Shown here piece after piece: positions 49,822 to 62,735 of a DNA stretch of 64,000 nucleotides; positions within the stretch are counted from its first letter, which is position 1, and each line of letters begins with the position of its first letter. Where the stretch lies: positions 78,616,001 to 78,680,000 of the forward strand of contig OX597818.1 of NCBI GenBank assembly GCA_951406725.2, read 5' to 3'. Position numbers and translations under genes: made by a program. Under the pieces are notes generated by a model. It did not search any database. It was given only the letters and a program-made list of their open reading frames with translations, and had not been told where the DNA came from. The stretch comes from Octopus vulgaris (lineage: Eukaryota).

Positions 49822-49928
49822 GTTACCAAGTTGTGGGAATGTTTGGTAAGCCTGGTACAGTGATTTTAACTGTTTCCTGTCAAAACTATATCTCTAGGTA
49901 CCTGTCTCATTACCGAATTCCACTTCAT
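49822..49928 (+). CDS. NUP210: NUP210 exon: YQVVGMFGKPGTVILTV...RIPLH
   Basis: cttcag|GT...CAT|gtaagt; 107 nt. Confidence 0.9.
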
Positions 49929-50296
49929 GTAAGTAACTCAAGCTAGGACTATTTCAAAAGTTTTTGTTATGTTAAAAGACACATTTTTAACAGACTGGAA
50001 TTACTAACAAAAAAGCTCTCTGATTGGGAAGAGTTATATGTTCAGTTGACTATGGAGTTTGAAGCTTGCTTTTAATATTTATTTTTTGTTTTGTATTGAC
50101 TGGTATTGACAAAGAGGGAAGATTAATTATGAGCAATGTAAGTTTCAGAATTTTGTTGTGAAGGATAAAAGGATTGGTGCAGAATATTTGGACTTTATCT
50201 GAAATTGTGTGATGTTTCCTGGATGGTTCTTCAGTCTTTCCATGTAACTTTTTACCATTACACACACACACACACACACTCACATGTATGTATGTG

Positions 50297-51220
50297 AGAA
50301 TAAGATTAGGTTGGGCAAAGTTCAGAGAGCTCCTACTCCTGCTGGCAACAGAGGGTCTCTCTCTCAGAGTGAAATGCAGATTGATGCCTGCTTGTGAACA
50401 GCTATACTGCATGGCAGTGAAACATGGGCTATAGCAGCCAAGGACATGCGTAGGCTTGAGAGAAATGAAGCCAGTGTACTTCGCTGGATATGCAATGTCA
50501 GTGTGCTTGTTTGTCAGTGTAAGCATCTTGAGAGAAAAGTTAGGCATTACAGGAATCAGATGTGGTGTGCAAGAGAGATGACTGCACTGGTATGGTCAGG
50601 TGGTGTGTATGGACAATGACAGCTGTGTAAAGAAGTGCCAAGCACTAACTGTGGAGGGAACCTATGGTAGAGGTAGACCCAGGAAGGCATGGAATGAGGT
50701 GGTGAAGCATGATCTTTGAACTTTGAACCTCACAGAGGGAATGACTAGTGACCAAAATCTTTGGCAATATGCTCTGCTTAAGAAGACCCATCAAGCCAAG
50801 TGCACCCATGCTGGTGGCACGTAAAAAAATCAACCTTTGAACGTCGGACCTGATGGAAGCAAAGTTGTTGAGTTCCTTTTGAGTGTTTGGCCTAATGGAA
50901 GCAAAGTGGCTGAGTTCCTTTTGATTGTTGGGCCTCATGGAGGCAATGACCAAGATCTTTGGCACTGTTGTGCTTGTGAAGAAGACCCATCAAGCCAAGC
51001 ATAGTTGCAGTTGTGATAAATACCGGTGTCGTGCAAATGGCACCCATGTCAGTGGCATGTAAAACACCTATTACACTCTTGGAGTGGTTAGCGTTAAGGG
51101 CATCCAGCTGTAGAAAACAATGCCAAATCAGACTGGAGCCTGGCACAGCCTTCAAGCAAGCCAGCCTGTCAAACCGTCCAGCCCAAGCCAGCATGGACAA
51201 TGGACGTTAAATGATGATGA
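50297..51220 (+). mobile_element. RTE LINE 3' fragment with an internal tandem triplication of about 40 bp
   Basis: RIRLGWAKFRELL, LHGSETWA, LHWYGQV, GRGRPRKAW; repeats at about 50835-50950; RTE tail. Confidence 0.88.
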
Positions 51221-51884
51221 TATATAGTCTAGCCCATAAATGGCTTTACCATCATAGATTTATTTGTTGCTTTTATTTCCATTTTTCATGCTTGCAAGGG
51301 TTAGATGAATACATACTATTGAGGTATTGCATAACAGCTGAATGCTGGGTATGTGTGTGTATACCCACTGACAGACTCTTCATCTCCTTTGAATCATACA
51401 CCTGCTAATTGACTCACAGGCACACAGATACTACCACACATAAAGCTATTTCTCCCAGGGTTCATAATCTTGCAAGCAGCACATTGGCCTTACTAGTGCT
51501 GGTACCACGGAAAATAGTACTTCATACATACTGTAAAGTTGTTGGTGTTAGGAGGGCATCGAGCTATAGAAATCCTGCCAAAATAGACAATAGAAGATGA
51601 TGCAATCATTTTGGACTCTGTCAAACTGTACAACCTATACCAGCAAGAAACATAGATGTTAAACAATGATGATAATGATGACACATATGTCATCATAAAT
51701 TATCATGTTTCATTCCATCGTTAAGCAAAAATAAAGTGGTGACATTCATTGATATTCCCTGTTGACTACTCATCTTGTTGCTCTGCACTTTCAAAGATGA
51801 GTAGAATTGGGGAAAAAATATTCATTACTTGAAAAACACAAGGCTAAGCAACAGGAAAGTTGTCCAGTTGCCAAACACTTAGAT

Positions 51885-52308
51885 GTCTTGCAAACAACTT
51901 GCACATGCAAGTGCTACCAGTTGAAAACTCCGCATACTGGAAGCCAGCAAGTGTATGGGGTTATCAGGAGAGAATGCGCGCCGTTTCGGGGCCTACCTCT
52001 CGACGGCATCAATGCGCACTGCCCCCCCCACCCCCTCACTGATATGAGGCCCTGCTTGCTAGATCAGCTGGTTATCAAATTAAGCTCAATATCCTTCTAG
52101 CCATCGCTCATTGTCTCTTTTTAACCAAATCCAGTGGTTAGCCTTCTCCACTGTAGATTGGATATCAGTCATGGTGGTATTGACTTTACGATGAGTTAGG
52201 CCTAGCGATAACAACAGTCATCTCACACTGTGTCCAACAAGCCCTCTACATCCGATTGCGATTGGAAAATGTTCCGCTTTCCAGCCTGCATCTTCACATT
52301 CCTCACCG
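51885..52308 (-). mobile_element. Hero-like (R2 superfamily) LINE 3' end
   Basis: Minus strand EECEDAGWKAEHFPIAIGCRGLVGHS...VEKANHWIWLKRDNERWLEGY*; structured 3' UTR. Confidence 0.78.
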
Positions 52309-52546
52309 AACCCTAAATTAAATTTTAGACTGGAAAAACAGGTGTAAAACAAATGTTGCTAGGGTGAGTGAGAAAAAATCATCGTTACTTTCAATGAACA
52401 TACACAGTTTTTTTCTTTTCAGTAACTTTTCTCTTTGGTATATTAATAATTATAGAAAATATCCTGCTGTAATTCTAAATCTTAGTTGTACATGTATATG
52501 ATATTTCTAACTAATGTATCGGAATACATACATATTGTTTTTTTAG

Positions 52547-52651
52547 TCGCGACTGCGAGGATTGATAAGCCAGTCTCTTGAATTAAATCTTGTTGAAGGA
52601 CCCTTCATAACACCGGACTCCTTATCAATATTCAACCATCCTTCTAATAAA
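52547..52651 (+). CDS. NUP210: NUP210 exon: SRLRGLISQSLELNLVE...IFNHPSNK
   Basis: ttttag|TCG...AAA|gtaagt; 105 nt. Confidence 0.93.
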
Positions 52652-52859
52652 GTAAGTTTTTTTTTTTATATTTGTTTTTGTATTACTTTATTGTAACCCC
52701 AAATTTTATAATAATAATAATAATAATAATAATGATAATAATCTTCCTTAACAAGGTTTTTTTAAAAATATATGCTACCTACTTTTAGTTGTGCTGCATT
52801 AAATGTATTGCAAGTTTTCATTTCTTATTTCTTTCTCGGCTTAGTTTAATTACTTTTGT

Positions 52860-53262
52860 GTTGTCACCATCATCAGCACTACCTCCATCACCACTACCAT
52901 GACAATCACCACCACCACTATCATCAGTGCAAGCACAACCATCCTTGGAATCCACCACCATTATTGCAAGATGTATTACCATTTTAGCCATCGCCACCAT
53001 TGTCATCACAACCACTCATCATCACCACCACCACTTATCATTACCATCGCAACCATTCATCATCATCACTTCTACCAACATTACCATCACATCACCATCA
53101 TCGTTTTTACTACCATTATCATTATCATTACCATTGTAATCCTCAGTTCTACCATCATTAATACCACTATTATCATCACTACTACTACCATCATCATGTT
53201 TGTTGTGTCCCTTACACTATCTATAAATTTTACTTCAGTCATTCATTATTACCAACATCAAT
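52860..53262. repeat. Degenerate (CAT/CAC/TAC)n low-complexity tract
   Basis: Seen directly in the sequence. Confidence 0.88.
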
Positions 53263-53572
53263 CATGAAATCTAATATGAGTGGCGTGCTGAAAAATTCCT
53301 GGCTTTAAGGGTAGTGCAAAAGGCCTGGTTGGAGGCCTAACCTTCTGACTTCTTTTACAAGGCTTAAAAAAACTGAAGGACCACTGCAATAAGTATGTGA
53401 ATCTGAGAGGGGAATATGTTCAATAAAATCATAATTAACTGATCCAGGAACTTTTCAGCACTCCTTGCATATTAAAAAAAAAGGACTGTTATTTGTGATT
53501 ATTTAGTCATAAAAACACATCATTAAAGGACAACAACTGTAGGAATAATGACTTTTTTTTCTTTACTTCTAG

Positions 53573-53674
53573 GCTTACTTGAAGATCAATAAAGGTTCTG
53601 GGTATTTCCATGTTGAATCAGTTCCTACGTCATTTGTGGATGTCAGACTTATCAACCATAACAACACAATACAA
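53573..53674 (+). CDS. NUP210: NUP210 exon: AYLKINKGSGYFHV...NNTIQ
   Basis: ttctag|GCT...CAA|gtaagt; 102 nt. Confidence 0.94.
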
Positions 53675-53849
53675 GTAAGTGTGGACATAACTCTCATAAC
53701 GGGGGTCAGGAGTGTCAAACTCATTTGACTTTGTGGACCAAATTAAAGCATAAACTAGATCTTGTGGGCCAGATGGAGTTAATGATTTCTAAAAACCCTG
53801 TTACTGGTGTAGACTAGAGTAAATGGATGAAGAGGTCAGTGTACATTAT

Positions 53850-54180
53850 AACAGTTAGTTTAGTTTGGCTGTCCTGGATGCTTCACTGATTTCATGTGAG
53901 CACACCATCTGTGTGCATACCCATGTCATGTCATTTGAGCACATACCCTGTCATTCCACTGTCCTGAAGCAAGTTGTCCACGTAGGTTAGATGTTGATTT
54001 TTCCTTCAACTAATGGCCATAAGACCAGTTGATACACTGGTTTTGCCGGATGCCTGATGCAATGATCAGTAATTCTCGTTCTTCTCTGCTGACCCTTCCC
54101 AGTCACTTTGGGTAGATGTTGTTAAAGCTGCTCTCGTTGGTTAAATGAGCTCTCCATGTAATCTTCAGTCAAGATCCTGA
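53850..54180 (-). mobile_element. RTE/RTEX-like LINE 3' fragment from a second family
   Basis: Minus strand LKITWRAHLTNE, HCIRHP, QLVLW, LTYVDNLLQDSG. Confidence 0.7.
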
Positions 54181-55505
54181 GAGTTAGTTTTGTTATAGTA
54201 CTGAAAGTTGGATTCTCACCAAGAAATATAAGAAGTGTTTATTAACAATAAAAGAAAAGAAATAGTATAAAGATTGTGTGCAGGAATATTTAGAGGAAAA
54301 ACTCACCTCTATCCAACATATATGTTTGTATGTATATTTATTCCTATGAACGCTTTAGCATTTAAACTGACTATATGCATCCCAAATATTCTACTGAGTT
54401 TATGTCCAAACTGGCCAGATCCAGTCTCTCGCACCTATCCTGCAATGCTGTTCTAAAAGTAAACAATCATATCATCAAAGTCTTGAATCTACCTGATAAT
54501 GCTTGATTAATTGAAAACAATGTGAATAAACAAGTATTTCATTTAGCAGAGTAATCTTAATGCTAAAGGTGAAATAAGAGTCTTTAGAGTGAGAACGAGA
54601 ATAGAAATTGTCAAAATGAATGCATATATTACTTGAAAAGGCTAATGCTTGATAGAAAGCTTGCACTGTTTTACCTACAAAACCTTTCAATATCATATGA
54701 CTAGAATCCATTTGGACTAACATAAATTTGAAGGAAGAAAAATCTGCTGCTTAACTCAACATGTACAGACAAAGTGAAGGGAAAATAGGGCACATTGTTT
54801 GAGATAACATTGGTTACTAAGGGGCACCAACGACATACAAGAGCTGCTGTAAATAATGACTCTTGTTGGGCTTTGACTCTGAATGCATGCCAGTGATTTA
54901 GATATATTACAGAATATTTTAAAAATTAAAAAATAAATTTTTTTATGTAAAATTGATGTGGGGCTTGACAAGACATGTTTCATATTGCTCCACTATGAGG
55001 TTTACTCAAGTTCATCTGGATGACAATAAAGGTTTTATTTCTTCCTCACAGTTGAGTGGGGTGTGGTCAGCTGTAAAGCTAACTGCTCCAGTAATTATCT
55101 GTAATCCTAAAACATCATTGTTATTGTATAGATAATGTATGCAACAAACAAAGGAAAATTACATGTGAAATAAAACACAATGTTCCATTGTAAAAATTAG
55201 CTTTTGAAGTCAGAAGGTGTGTGATCATCATTGTCTTCGACTTCATATTGTGTTTCATTTTTTGTTAGGTATCTACAGCTGGATGCCCTGTAATGCCAGT
55301 CACTTTATAGAGTATACTGGATGCTTTTTGTTTTTTTTGGCACTAGCACTAGAGAGCTATGTCTTTTAGAATTAAAGGATCTCATGATCTCACATCACTG
55401 CTTGCTTTCCAGCCTCTTTACAGAGTGAGAAATATGAATGCAGTTTATTATCTTTTGTTACATTGTTCTATCTGGTTAAAATATCAAGTGTATTTTGTTG
55501 TTTAG

Positions 55506-55634
55506 GTCATACCCAAACTTGATGGAATGACTCAAGTGAAGGTTCATGATCTCTGCTTGGATTTGTCACATCCTCCTTCGACCATGGCTCAAGTATCTGG
55601 AGTTGGTTACATTCATCTTTATGTCATTGACAAG
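55506..55634 (+). CDS. NUP210: NUP210 exon: VIPKLDG...VHDLCL...LYVIDK
   Basis: ttttag|GTC...AAG|gtaagt; 129 nt. Confidence 0.95.
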
Positions 55635-56385
55635 GTAAGTGCCTTTTTATATCACCATTCATTATCAACATTACTTTACTGTTGTTTTCTATGCTGGTAT
55701 GGATTGGAAGACTATGTCTAGCTGAATGCCCCTCTGAATATCAACATCTTTACAATATGTACAAGGGTATCTGCAGAGTTTTAATCCTAAATATTAGAGG
55801 TGTGCATTATACACAACTGGATGAAAACTGTATACTATACACAAGAGATATTTTTTCCAAAATGTCATATCTCATAATTAGAAGTGCACATTATTTATAA
55901 ATAAATATGCAGCTCTCCTACTCTCTCATCAATCTCTTTACTTAAAGCATTTGGAAGTTCTGAAATGATTTGTACTGTATTTTTATTTCTTGTTCTGTAT
56001 CTGAGGTTTATTGTGACTTTAATATCCCCTGGAAGGTACACACAAATGGTTTTTCATTGACTTCTCTCTGTGGGCTTGAAGTCCTTCATATTTCAGAGAA
56101 AGAGAGCCGAGGCATTTATGTCTTTCCCAGGAAGATTTAACAATATGATATGAATTGAAATAGCTAGATTACAAGAATGAAAACCTGTAATTATACAAGT
56201 TGTGAATCTATATAATCAGGAGTAGATTCTGTTATTTCCTGCCAGTAGACAATTGTCTTGGAGCAAGTAACAAATCAACAAATCTAAAAGGAGGTAGTGG
56301 TAGCAGGGTTTTTGTTTTGTTTGTATCGCTTCTTTTTAAGGTTTCTCCCAGTAAACTAAATGATTTTTATTTTGTGTTTCTGTAG

Positions 56386-56513
56386 GTTGAACTTGGTAAA
56401 GATATAATAGCCAAAGTGAACATCTTAGACATCAATGGTAAACCACTTTCAGCCAAGTTTTACCACCTCATGAATGTAACACTTTCCACAGAATCTGACA
56501 TTCTCTCTGTGCA
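56386..56513 (+). CDS. NUP210: NUP210 exon: VELGKDIIAKVNILD...DILSVQ
   Basis: ctgtag|GTT...CA|gtaagt; 128 nt. Confidence 0.94.
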
Positions 56514-57179
56514 GTAAGTATAGTCAGTTAATTAAGTAACTCATTTTCATCACCATTTAATGTCTATTTTACATGCTAGCTTGCACTGGAAAAGACTGCA
56601 CTGAGATCCGGTGTCAGCTTTAGCATGGTTTTTATAGCTGGATGCCTTTCTTAATATGAACCACTTTACAGTGTGTACTTGGTGTTTCCTTCATGCTACT
56701 GGCACTAGTAAGGTCAGCAATATATGTATTGTCATCATCATTTCACATTCATTGTCCATACTGGCATGGGTTATATACACATTCATATTATATAGGTAAT
56801 TAGGGTAAATCCCAGCTGTTTCCTCTTGAAGCACAATTGCTTATTACTTTATTACAATCAATATGTATCCATAGTTACTGCTGTATGTTAACTAAAACAC
56901 CTATTAAAGTTGAGAATTGTGAAAATATTACTTGCAGAGTTATTATATAACAAATCAGGAAAATACTCTTTACTCTTTTACTTGTTTCAGTCATTTGACT
57001 GTGGCCATGCTGGTGCACCGCCTTTAGTCGAGCAAATCGACTCCAGGACATATTCTTTGGAAGCCTAGTACTTATTCTATAGGTCTCTTTTGCTGAGCCG
57101 CTAAGTTACGGGGACGTAAACACACCACCATCGGTTGTCAAGCGATGGTGAGGGGACAAACACAGACACACAAACATAT

Positions 57180-57226
<47 letters not shown>

Positions 57227-57384
57227 TATATACGATGGGCTTCTTTCAGTTTCTGTCTACCAAATCCACTCAGAAGGGTTTGGTCAGACCGAGGCTATAG
57301 TAGAAGACACTTGCCCAAGGTGCCACGTAGTGGGACTGAATCCAGAACCATGTGGTTCGTAAGCAAGCTACTTATCACACAGCC

Positions 57385-57576
57385 AAACTTGGTATAATTT
57401 ATTCTCCATTACTCATCGTTTCATTTGCTAATAGGAATTACAAAGTTTTACATGTTAGATAGACATGTAAGGAATTTCCTATCAAAATTCCTTATATGTC
57501 TATCATGTAAATTTTTGTAATTCCTATTAGCAAATGAAACATGTGTAATGGCAAATAAATAATACCCAAAAAGTTT
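57385..57576. repeat. Near-perfect palindrome of about 190 bp (fold-back element)
   Basis: Arms GTTTCATTTGCTAATAGGAATTACAAA.../...TTTGTAATTCCTATTAGCAAATGAAAC around a loop of about 7 nt at 57478-57484. Confidence 0.88.
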
Positions 57577-57802
57577 CTATTTCCTTGTTTTGTTATACAT
57601 ACATATACACACACTCACGCACATGCACACATGTATATATATAGTGACACATGCACACAAACACACAGATGCATGTTTACACTTGCCTAATATGCCATGC
57701 AGTAGGAGGGAACCCATAACTACATAGATGTGAAGCAAATTCATCGCCCCCCCCCACATACTCACATGCACACGTATATACATATCATTTTATTTTGTGT
57801 AG

Positions 57803-57941
57803 GCCAGCATTTGATGATAAAGGTGACTCAACTGAAGCTCAGTATCTTGTCAAAGGCTTACATATCGGTCACACCACACTTACTTGCTCAGCAGTAATGA
57901 AATCTGGAGAAAGAATCTTTAGTAAAACCAAACCAATTGAG
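57803..57941 (+). CDS. NUP210: NUP210 exon: PAFDDKGDSTEAQYLVKGLHIGHTTL...KPIE
   Basis: gtgtag|G...GAG|gtaatg; 139 nt. Confidence 0.94.
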
Positions 57942-58915
57942 GTAATGTATATTATATATTGTTTCTTTTTGTTTATTTAAAGAAGCAGATAATTCATACA
58001 ACTATTTATCTCTTATTTATGACAAAAAACTGAAACATTAGTCTCTGCTACCAAGAGGTTTATAGATTAGGAAGTTATTAGCAATAAAGTATGTATTTTA
58101 GATTCTAAATTTGTTAGAATTTTAGTATTTTGCATAGCATTTGTCTACCATTATCTTTGTTTTAATGTTCATTTTTCCATCCTTGCATCGGTCAGATGGA
58201 ATTTGCTGAGGTAGATTTTCTAAGACCAGATGCCCTTCCTATCCCCAACTCCCACCTATTTCTGAGTAATTTTTTTTTCCACCCTTATAAGCCAGACATG
58301 TTTTCATAGAAGATTGGACACTGATACGCTTGCATGACAGTGATGCTCATTTACAACTATCCTGTGATTTCAAAACAAAGAGACATTAACACACTCAGAT
58401 CTATATATGTCAGGTTTCTATCAGTGTCTGTCTCCCAAATCTGTTCATAAGGCTTTAGTTGGTTTGGGACTCTAGTTGAATGCCTAAGGTTCCTTGTGCT
58501 ATTGTTTAGAGTCTGAATTTGCCTGCAGTGAAATATATTGATCAGTTGTTGCTAAGATTCCAAGATTGTTATCAACCATATTGTGTTACACCCTCAGTCT
58601 GTTGCTAACTACAACCATTGCCATAACTCACAAATAGGTTTGCTTTGCTTTGTTTTGTTCATTGTTCTTGGTGCTGATATAGTTATGAGCCCTCTCATCT
58701 CATGAATCTCATGCTGGCAGGTGGACCGTTTTAGTGCTAGGCTGATACTCATATTCAGTTGTGCTCAAGGATACATATTGCCAAGTCTAGGAATTGAATC
58801 CACAACTTTATGATTGTAAACTCAGTACCTAGGTCTGTAGACCTAGTTTTATTATGTAAAATTGCTTATTCTGATTTATGCCAGATTTAGCCTAATGTTG
58901 TTTGACATGTTTCAG

Positions 58916-58978
58916 GTGTTCCCACCTTTACGTCTACGACCCCGGACCCTAACCCTCATTATTGGTGCTGTCTATCAG
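58916..58978 (+). CDS. NUP210: NUP210 exon: VFPPLRLRPRTLTLIIGAVYQ
   Basis: tttcag|GTG...CAG|gtaatt; 63 nt. Confidence 0.95.
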
Positions 58979-59323
58979 GTAATTAACTATTTATACTTCA
59001 TTACTTAAGTTTTTTTTTTCCATTTAACTTTATTACTGGAAATATTTAATTTTGTGTCTTCACTGACATATGAAAACTTGTGAAACTAATTAAAAATATT
59101 CAAAGATACCAGAGCTATGTATGATTATGTGACTAAATTAATGAGATAATTGAGAGAGTCATTGGAAAAATGTATTTGACCAATTGAAAATTAAATTATC
59201 TGAATATTATTAAAAATTAATAGACTTGCTGTTGGAACCAGCTGCATATAGATCTGTGTAGTACCAGCACAAACTCAAATATGTAAAATGTTGTTGATAG
59301 ATTTACTATTTCCAATTTTTCAG

Positions 59324-59503
59324 ATATTAGCTACTGGTGGACCACGCACCCAAGGATCTGTCGAATTCTCTATGGAAAATTCTGCAAAGGCTAGCATTTC
59401 CAATATTGGGCTTGTTGAAGCTCTGGAACTGGGATCAACAAAGTTAGTTGGCCAAGCAGTTGGCCTTCATCCAGATAGTAATGAACCAGTTATCTATTCA
59501 GAG
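59324..59503 (+). CDS. NUP210: NUP210 exon: ILATGGPRTQGSVEFS...PVIYSE
   Basis: tttcag|ATA...GAG|gtaaac; 180 nt. Confidence 0.95.
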
Positions 59504-60957
59504 GTAAACCAATTAATGAACTATATTTCTATCAATTACTAGTTTCTGACTCATAATTCTGTTACTCTTTTACTTGTTTCAGTCATTTGACTGCGGCCAT
59601 GCTGGAGCACCGCCTTTAGTTGAGCAAATCTACCCCCAGGACTTATTCTTTGTAAGCTTAGTACTTATTCTATCGGTCTCTTTTGCTGAACCGCTAAGTT
59701 ACGGGGACGTAAACACACCAGCATTGGTTGTCAACCGTCTACCAAATCCACTCACAAGGCTTTGGTTGGCCTGAGGCTATAGTAGTAGACACCTGCCCAA
59801 GGTGCCATGCAGTGGGATTGAACCCGGAATCATGTGGTTTGTAAGCAAGCTACTTACCACACAGCTACTCCATTATCAATTTATGAACTATATTTATTGA
59901 TTATTATATTATCTTTGGCCACATGTTTTAATTGTAAATTTTCAATTGTAAATTTACTCTACTCTTAAGTTCCTTAGATCTTTTTTACGTATCTCACTCC
60001 TAAGATTCTCTGTGTGCTGTTAGCATTAAAAAGCTTCTTAACTGCCTACATAATATATATGAAGGCACATGGTCTGGGCAGTGCCTGTGTTCTTGCACTA
60101 AACGCTTTGTCTCACATTGTGCTGCAGTTATTTCAACATCTGATGTGTGGCACACCGTGCATCCATATGGGCAGTGTTGATTTGATGGAGGGAGTGAGCT
60201 GATGTGGCAACACTTGATCACTATAAACAAATTTTCTGTGCAGGTTGTTCTACAAAAAATTGCAGAACTGTCCTTTTTGGCTTTGAGAGACTACCATAAA
60301 CATGTGACAGGCCTTTAACTTGTTCAAGGTAGAAAATAAAATATTAAAAAATACTTCTGTACCACCAAATAGTCACAAATCTGTTACAGACATGATAGGA
60401 AAAAACATCAGTGAACAATAATAATGTCTTACCTCTACTGGGTCAGAACAAGTAAATGCTGGTCAACCTGGTACAGGTTTCATATATATATATATATATA
60501 TGTATATATATCTCATTTAATCGCAAGATGGGTAGCATATTTGATTGTCTCTGATATTTTGAAAACCTATGATGTTGAACACACTGTTGTACATTCACCA
60601 CCCACCCCAAATTGATGAATTTTTGGAGCTAGGTACCATGCTCTTCTACGGTAATCTTGACTTCTTGCCAAACTTAAATTAATGTAAATAACATTGAATG
60701 TTTGCAGTACAGATGCAAAATTGTGAAAGAAAATACAACATAAAATTTATTTCATAAAGATTAAGAAATTTTACTTCCTATGTTCATCTACATATGGGTA
60801 TATGTGTGCTTTCTCTTTGTATCTTTTCTTTTATGTTTTATTTTGCTTGTGGTTTTTTTTTCTCTTGTTTGTGTTTTCCCTCCTTCATTCTTTTGTTAAC
60901 CTTAACCAGTGAATGGCAAGCTATATTTAGTAACTGAAAATATATTATTTCTTGTAG

Positions 60958-61038
60958 GACAGTATTGATGTTTACGTCCTGAAGCTATCTGGTGTGAAGA
61001 TCCATTCCCCTCTGACACAGCTCAAGATTGGTACACGG
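60958..61038 (+). CDS. NUP210: NUP210 exon: DSIDVYVLKLSGVKIHSPLTQLKIGTR
   Basis: ttgtag|GAC...CGG|gtaggt; 81 nt. Confidence 0.93.
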
Positions 61039-61479
61039 GTAGGTGCTATGAATTAATTAACAGTAGCATTAACATTAATGTTGTCCAAGTAATTACTAAC
61101 ATGACTCGTTAGAATATCACTTCAAGAAGACCATATGACTGACTGGTCAAGGTACTTTTACTGTTTATGTCAAATTATTACTATTGACTCATGACTTATT
61201 TATCTTACTATGTGGCAGATGGTAGTTATAACAGTACTTTAGTGTAACTACTAGCAAGCTCACTTGCTATGCCATGCTAGGGAAGTATTTATAGAATCGA
61301 TTTGATTCTGCCTGATCTAAAAATGGCAAATGAAGAGACGCCCAGAAAGTTTGCAGTATGGCTCCTCTTTCAGCCCATCTAGGAGAGCAATAGCTCTGAA
61401 TAAAAGCTAATTTAATCTTACAACTTGTCCAGCCCATACTAGCATGGATAGTGGACTTAAAACTATGAAGTTATATATA

Positions 61480-62735
61480 CTGTATTTGATGGCCTATAAA
61501 ACGCACCTTTTTTACCCCCAAATAGCTTTAAAAAAATCCCACTGCATCTAATGCACTCAAAGTAGGCTCAAAATTTGCGACTGTTGGCCGAAATTATACA
61601 TCAGAGTTCATATAGCTGTAGCCTAGTAGCCTAGCCTAACTCTATGATATTGTAATAGCCTATTTTTTCAAAAAACATTAGATTATTATTATTATTTATC
61701 GTCATCATATTATCATCACAATTACTATTGCTAATATAATTATTATATATGTTATTATCAATATTTTATTACCTGATATCTGTATCAGTGTCTTAAATGC
61801 TTTATTTTTGTTTACAAAACATGTGTTGCCATATATTGAATCGTCACTTGATGGCAACTCTGCTAACGTTTGCTATATGAAGGATAACATGAAACCTTCG
61901 TTCAGTTGCTCATGAGACACAAGTCGTTAGGGATCAGAGATCTTTTTTTTTTCTGGATTTTTACCTATATGGATATGGCTGCAGGAGGAAAGAGGTTAAA
62001 CTACACTATTTGGTACAAGCTTCAAGTAATAGACTACGCTAAAGAGCATGGAAACAGCAGCATGGTATTTTGGCCTTCCTTCTACTGAAATAATAGTACT
62101 TTTCTGGCAGCTGCAAGAAAATAAACTACAGCCACCAAAGAAAGGAAACCATAACATTTTTTACTCAGCTCACTCTGGCCTGAAGTTGAGAAGGAAAATA
62201 AAAACATGGGGAGTAGATGTAAGAACTTCAGGCACAGTCATTTCTATGAAAATAAGGAACGAGGCCAAACGGTTAGCGAACGAAAAGGGGATTCAGAACT
62301 TTATTGGAACAGAAGGATGGTGTTATTGATTTATGAAACAAGAAGGTTTGGCAATGCGTACAAAAACATCAATTGCACAGAGAATGCTAGGTGACTATGA
62401 TGATAAAATAGTTAAGTTTCATAAATTTTTTTATAGCTGCTCAAAAAAAACTCCTTTTGAACTAGGCCAGGTAGGCAATATGGATGAAGTCCCACTAACG
62501 TTTGATGTTCCCTCAAATAGAACTGTGAGTATCAAGGGATCCAAGACAATAGCAGTAAAAACCACAGGCCACGAGAAGACCCATTATATGGTCATTCTCT
62601 CATGTTGCACTGATGGTACAATACTGCCTTTTCTGATTTTTAAGAGAAAAACTATTCATAAAGAAAAAATACCAAAAGTTGTGCATGTTCACGTTCATCC
62701 TAAATGCTGGATGGACAAGGCCAGAATGCAGGGAC
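61480..62735 (+). mobile_element. pogo/Tigger-like transposon (CENP-B HTH plus DDE_1), truncated and frameshifted
   Basis: TA|CTGTATTTGATGGCCTATAAAACGCAC TIR. Transposase blocks: YKLQVIDYAKEHGN, F.GTEGW..FMK..GL..RTKT, GNMDEVPLTFDVP, KTTGHEK, LIFKRK, WMD. Confidence 0.9.

Larger units (their letters stand above)
7722..61038 (+). other. NUP210: NUP210/gp210 gene, partial (29 internal coding exons; first exon and 3' exons outside the window)
   Basis: The spliced exons give a continuous stop-free frame of about 1,116 codons. Motifs occur in gp210 order: TSIIFAED, WVLETGRNYEI, NGSYFHV, ATGGSGEYSW, VTLGSSK..FSGGPQPW, VGNKP, FDNFSSL, IFNHP, GSGYF, HDLCL, IEVFPP, GGP. Confidence 0.96.

Noticed and set aside
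49840-49852. Internal TTG|GTAAGC as the exon's true donor
   Set aside because: It would break phase with the next exon and lose sequence collinear with gp210; the donor at 49929 fits.
60897-60910. Second U12 intron suggested by ACCTTAAC
   Set aside because: The upstream donor at 59504 is GTAAAC (U2-type), and the motif is about 50 nt from the in-frame acceptor at 60957.
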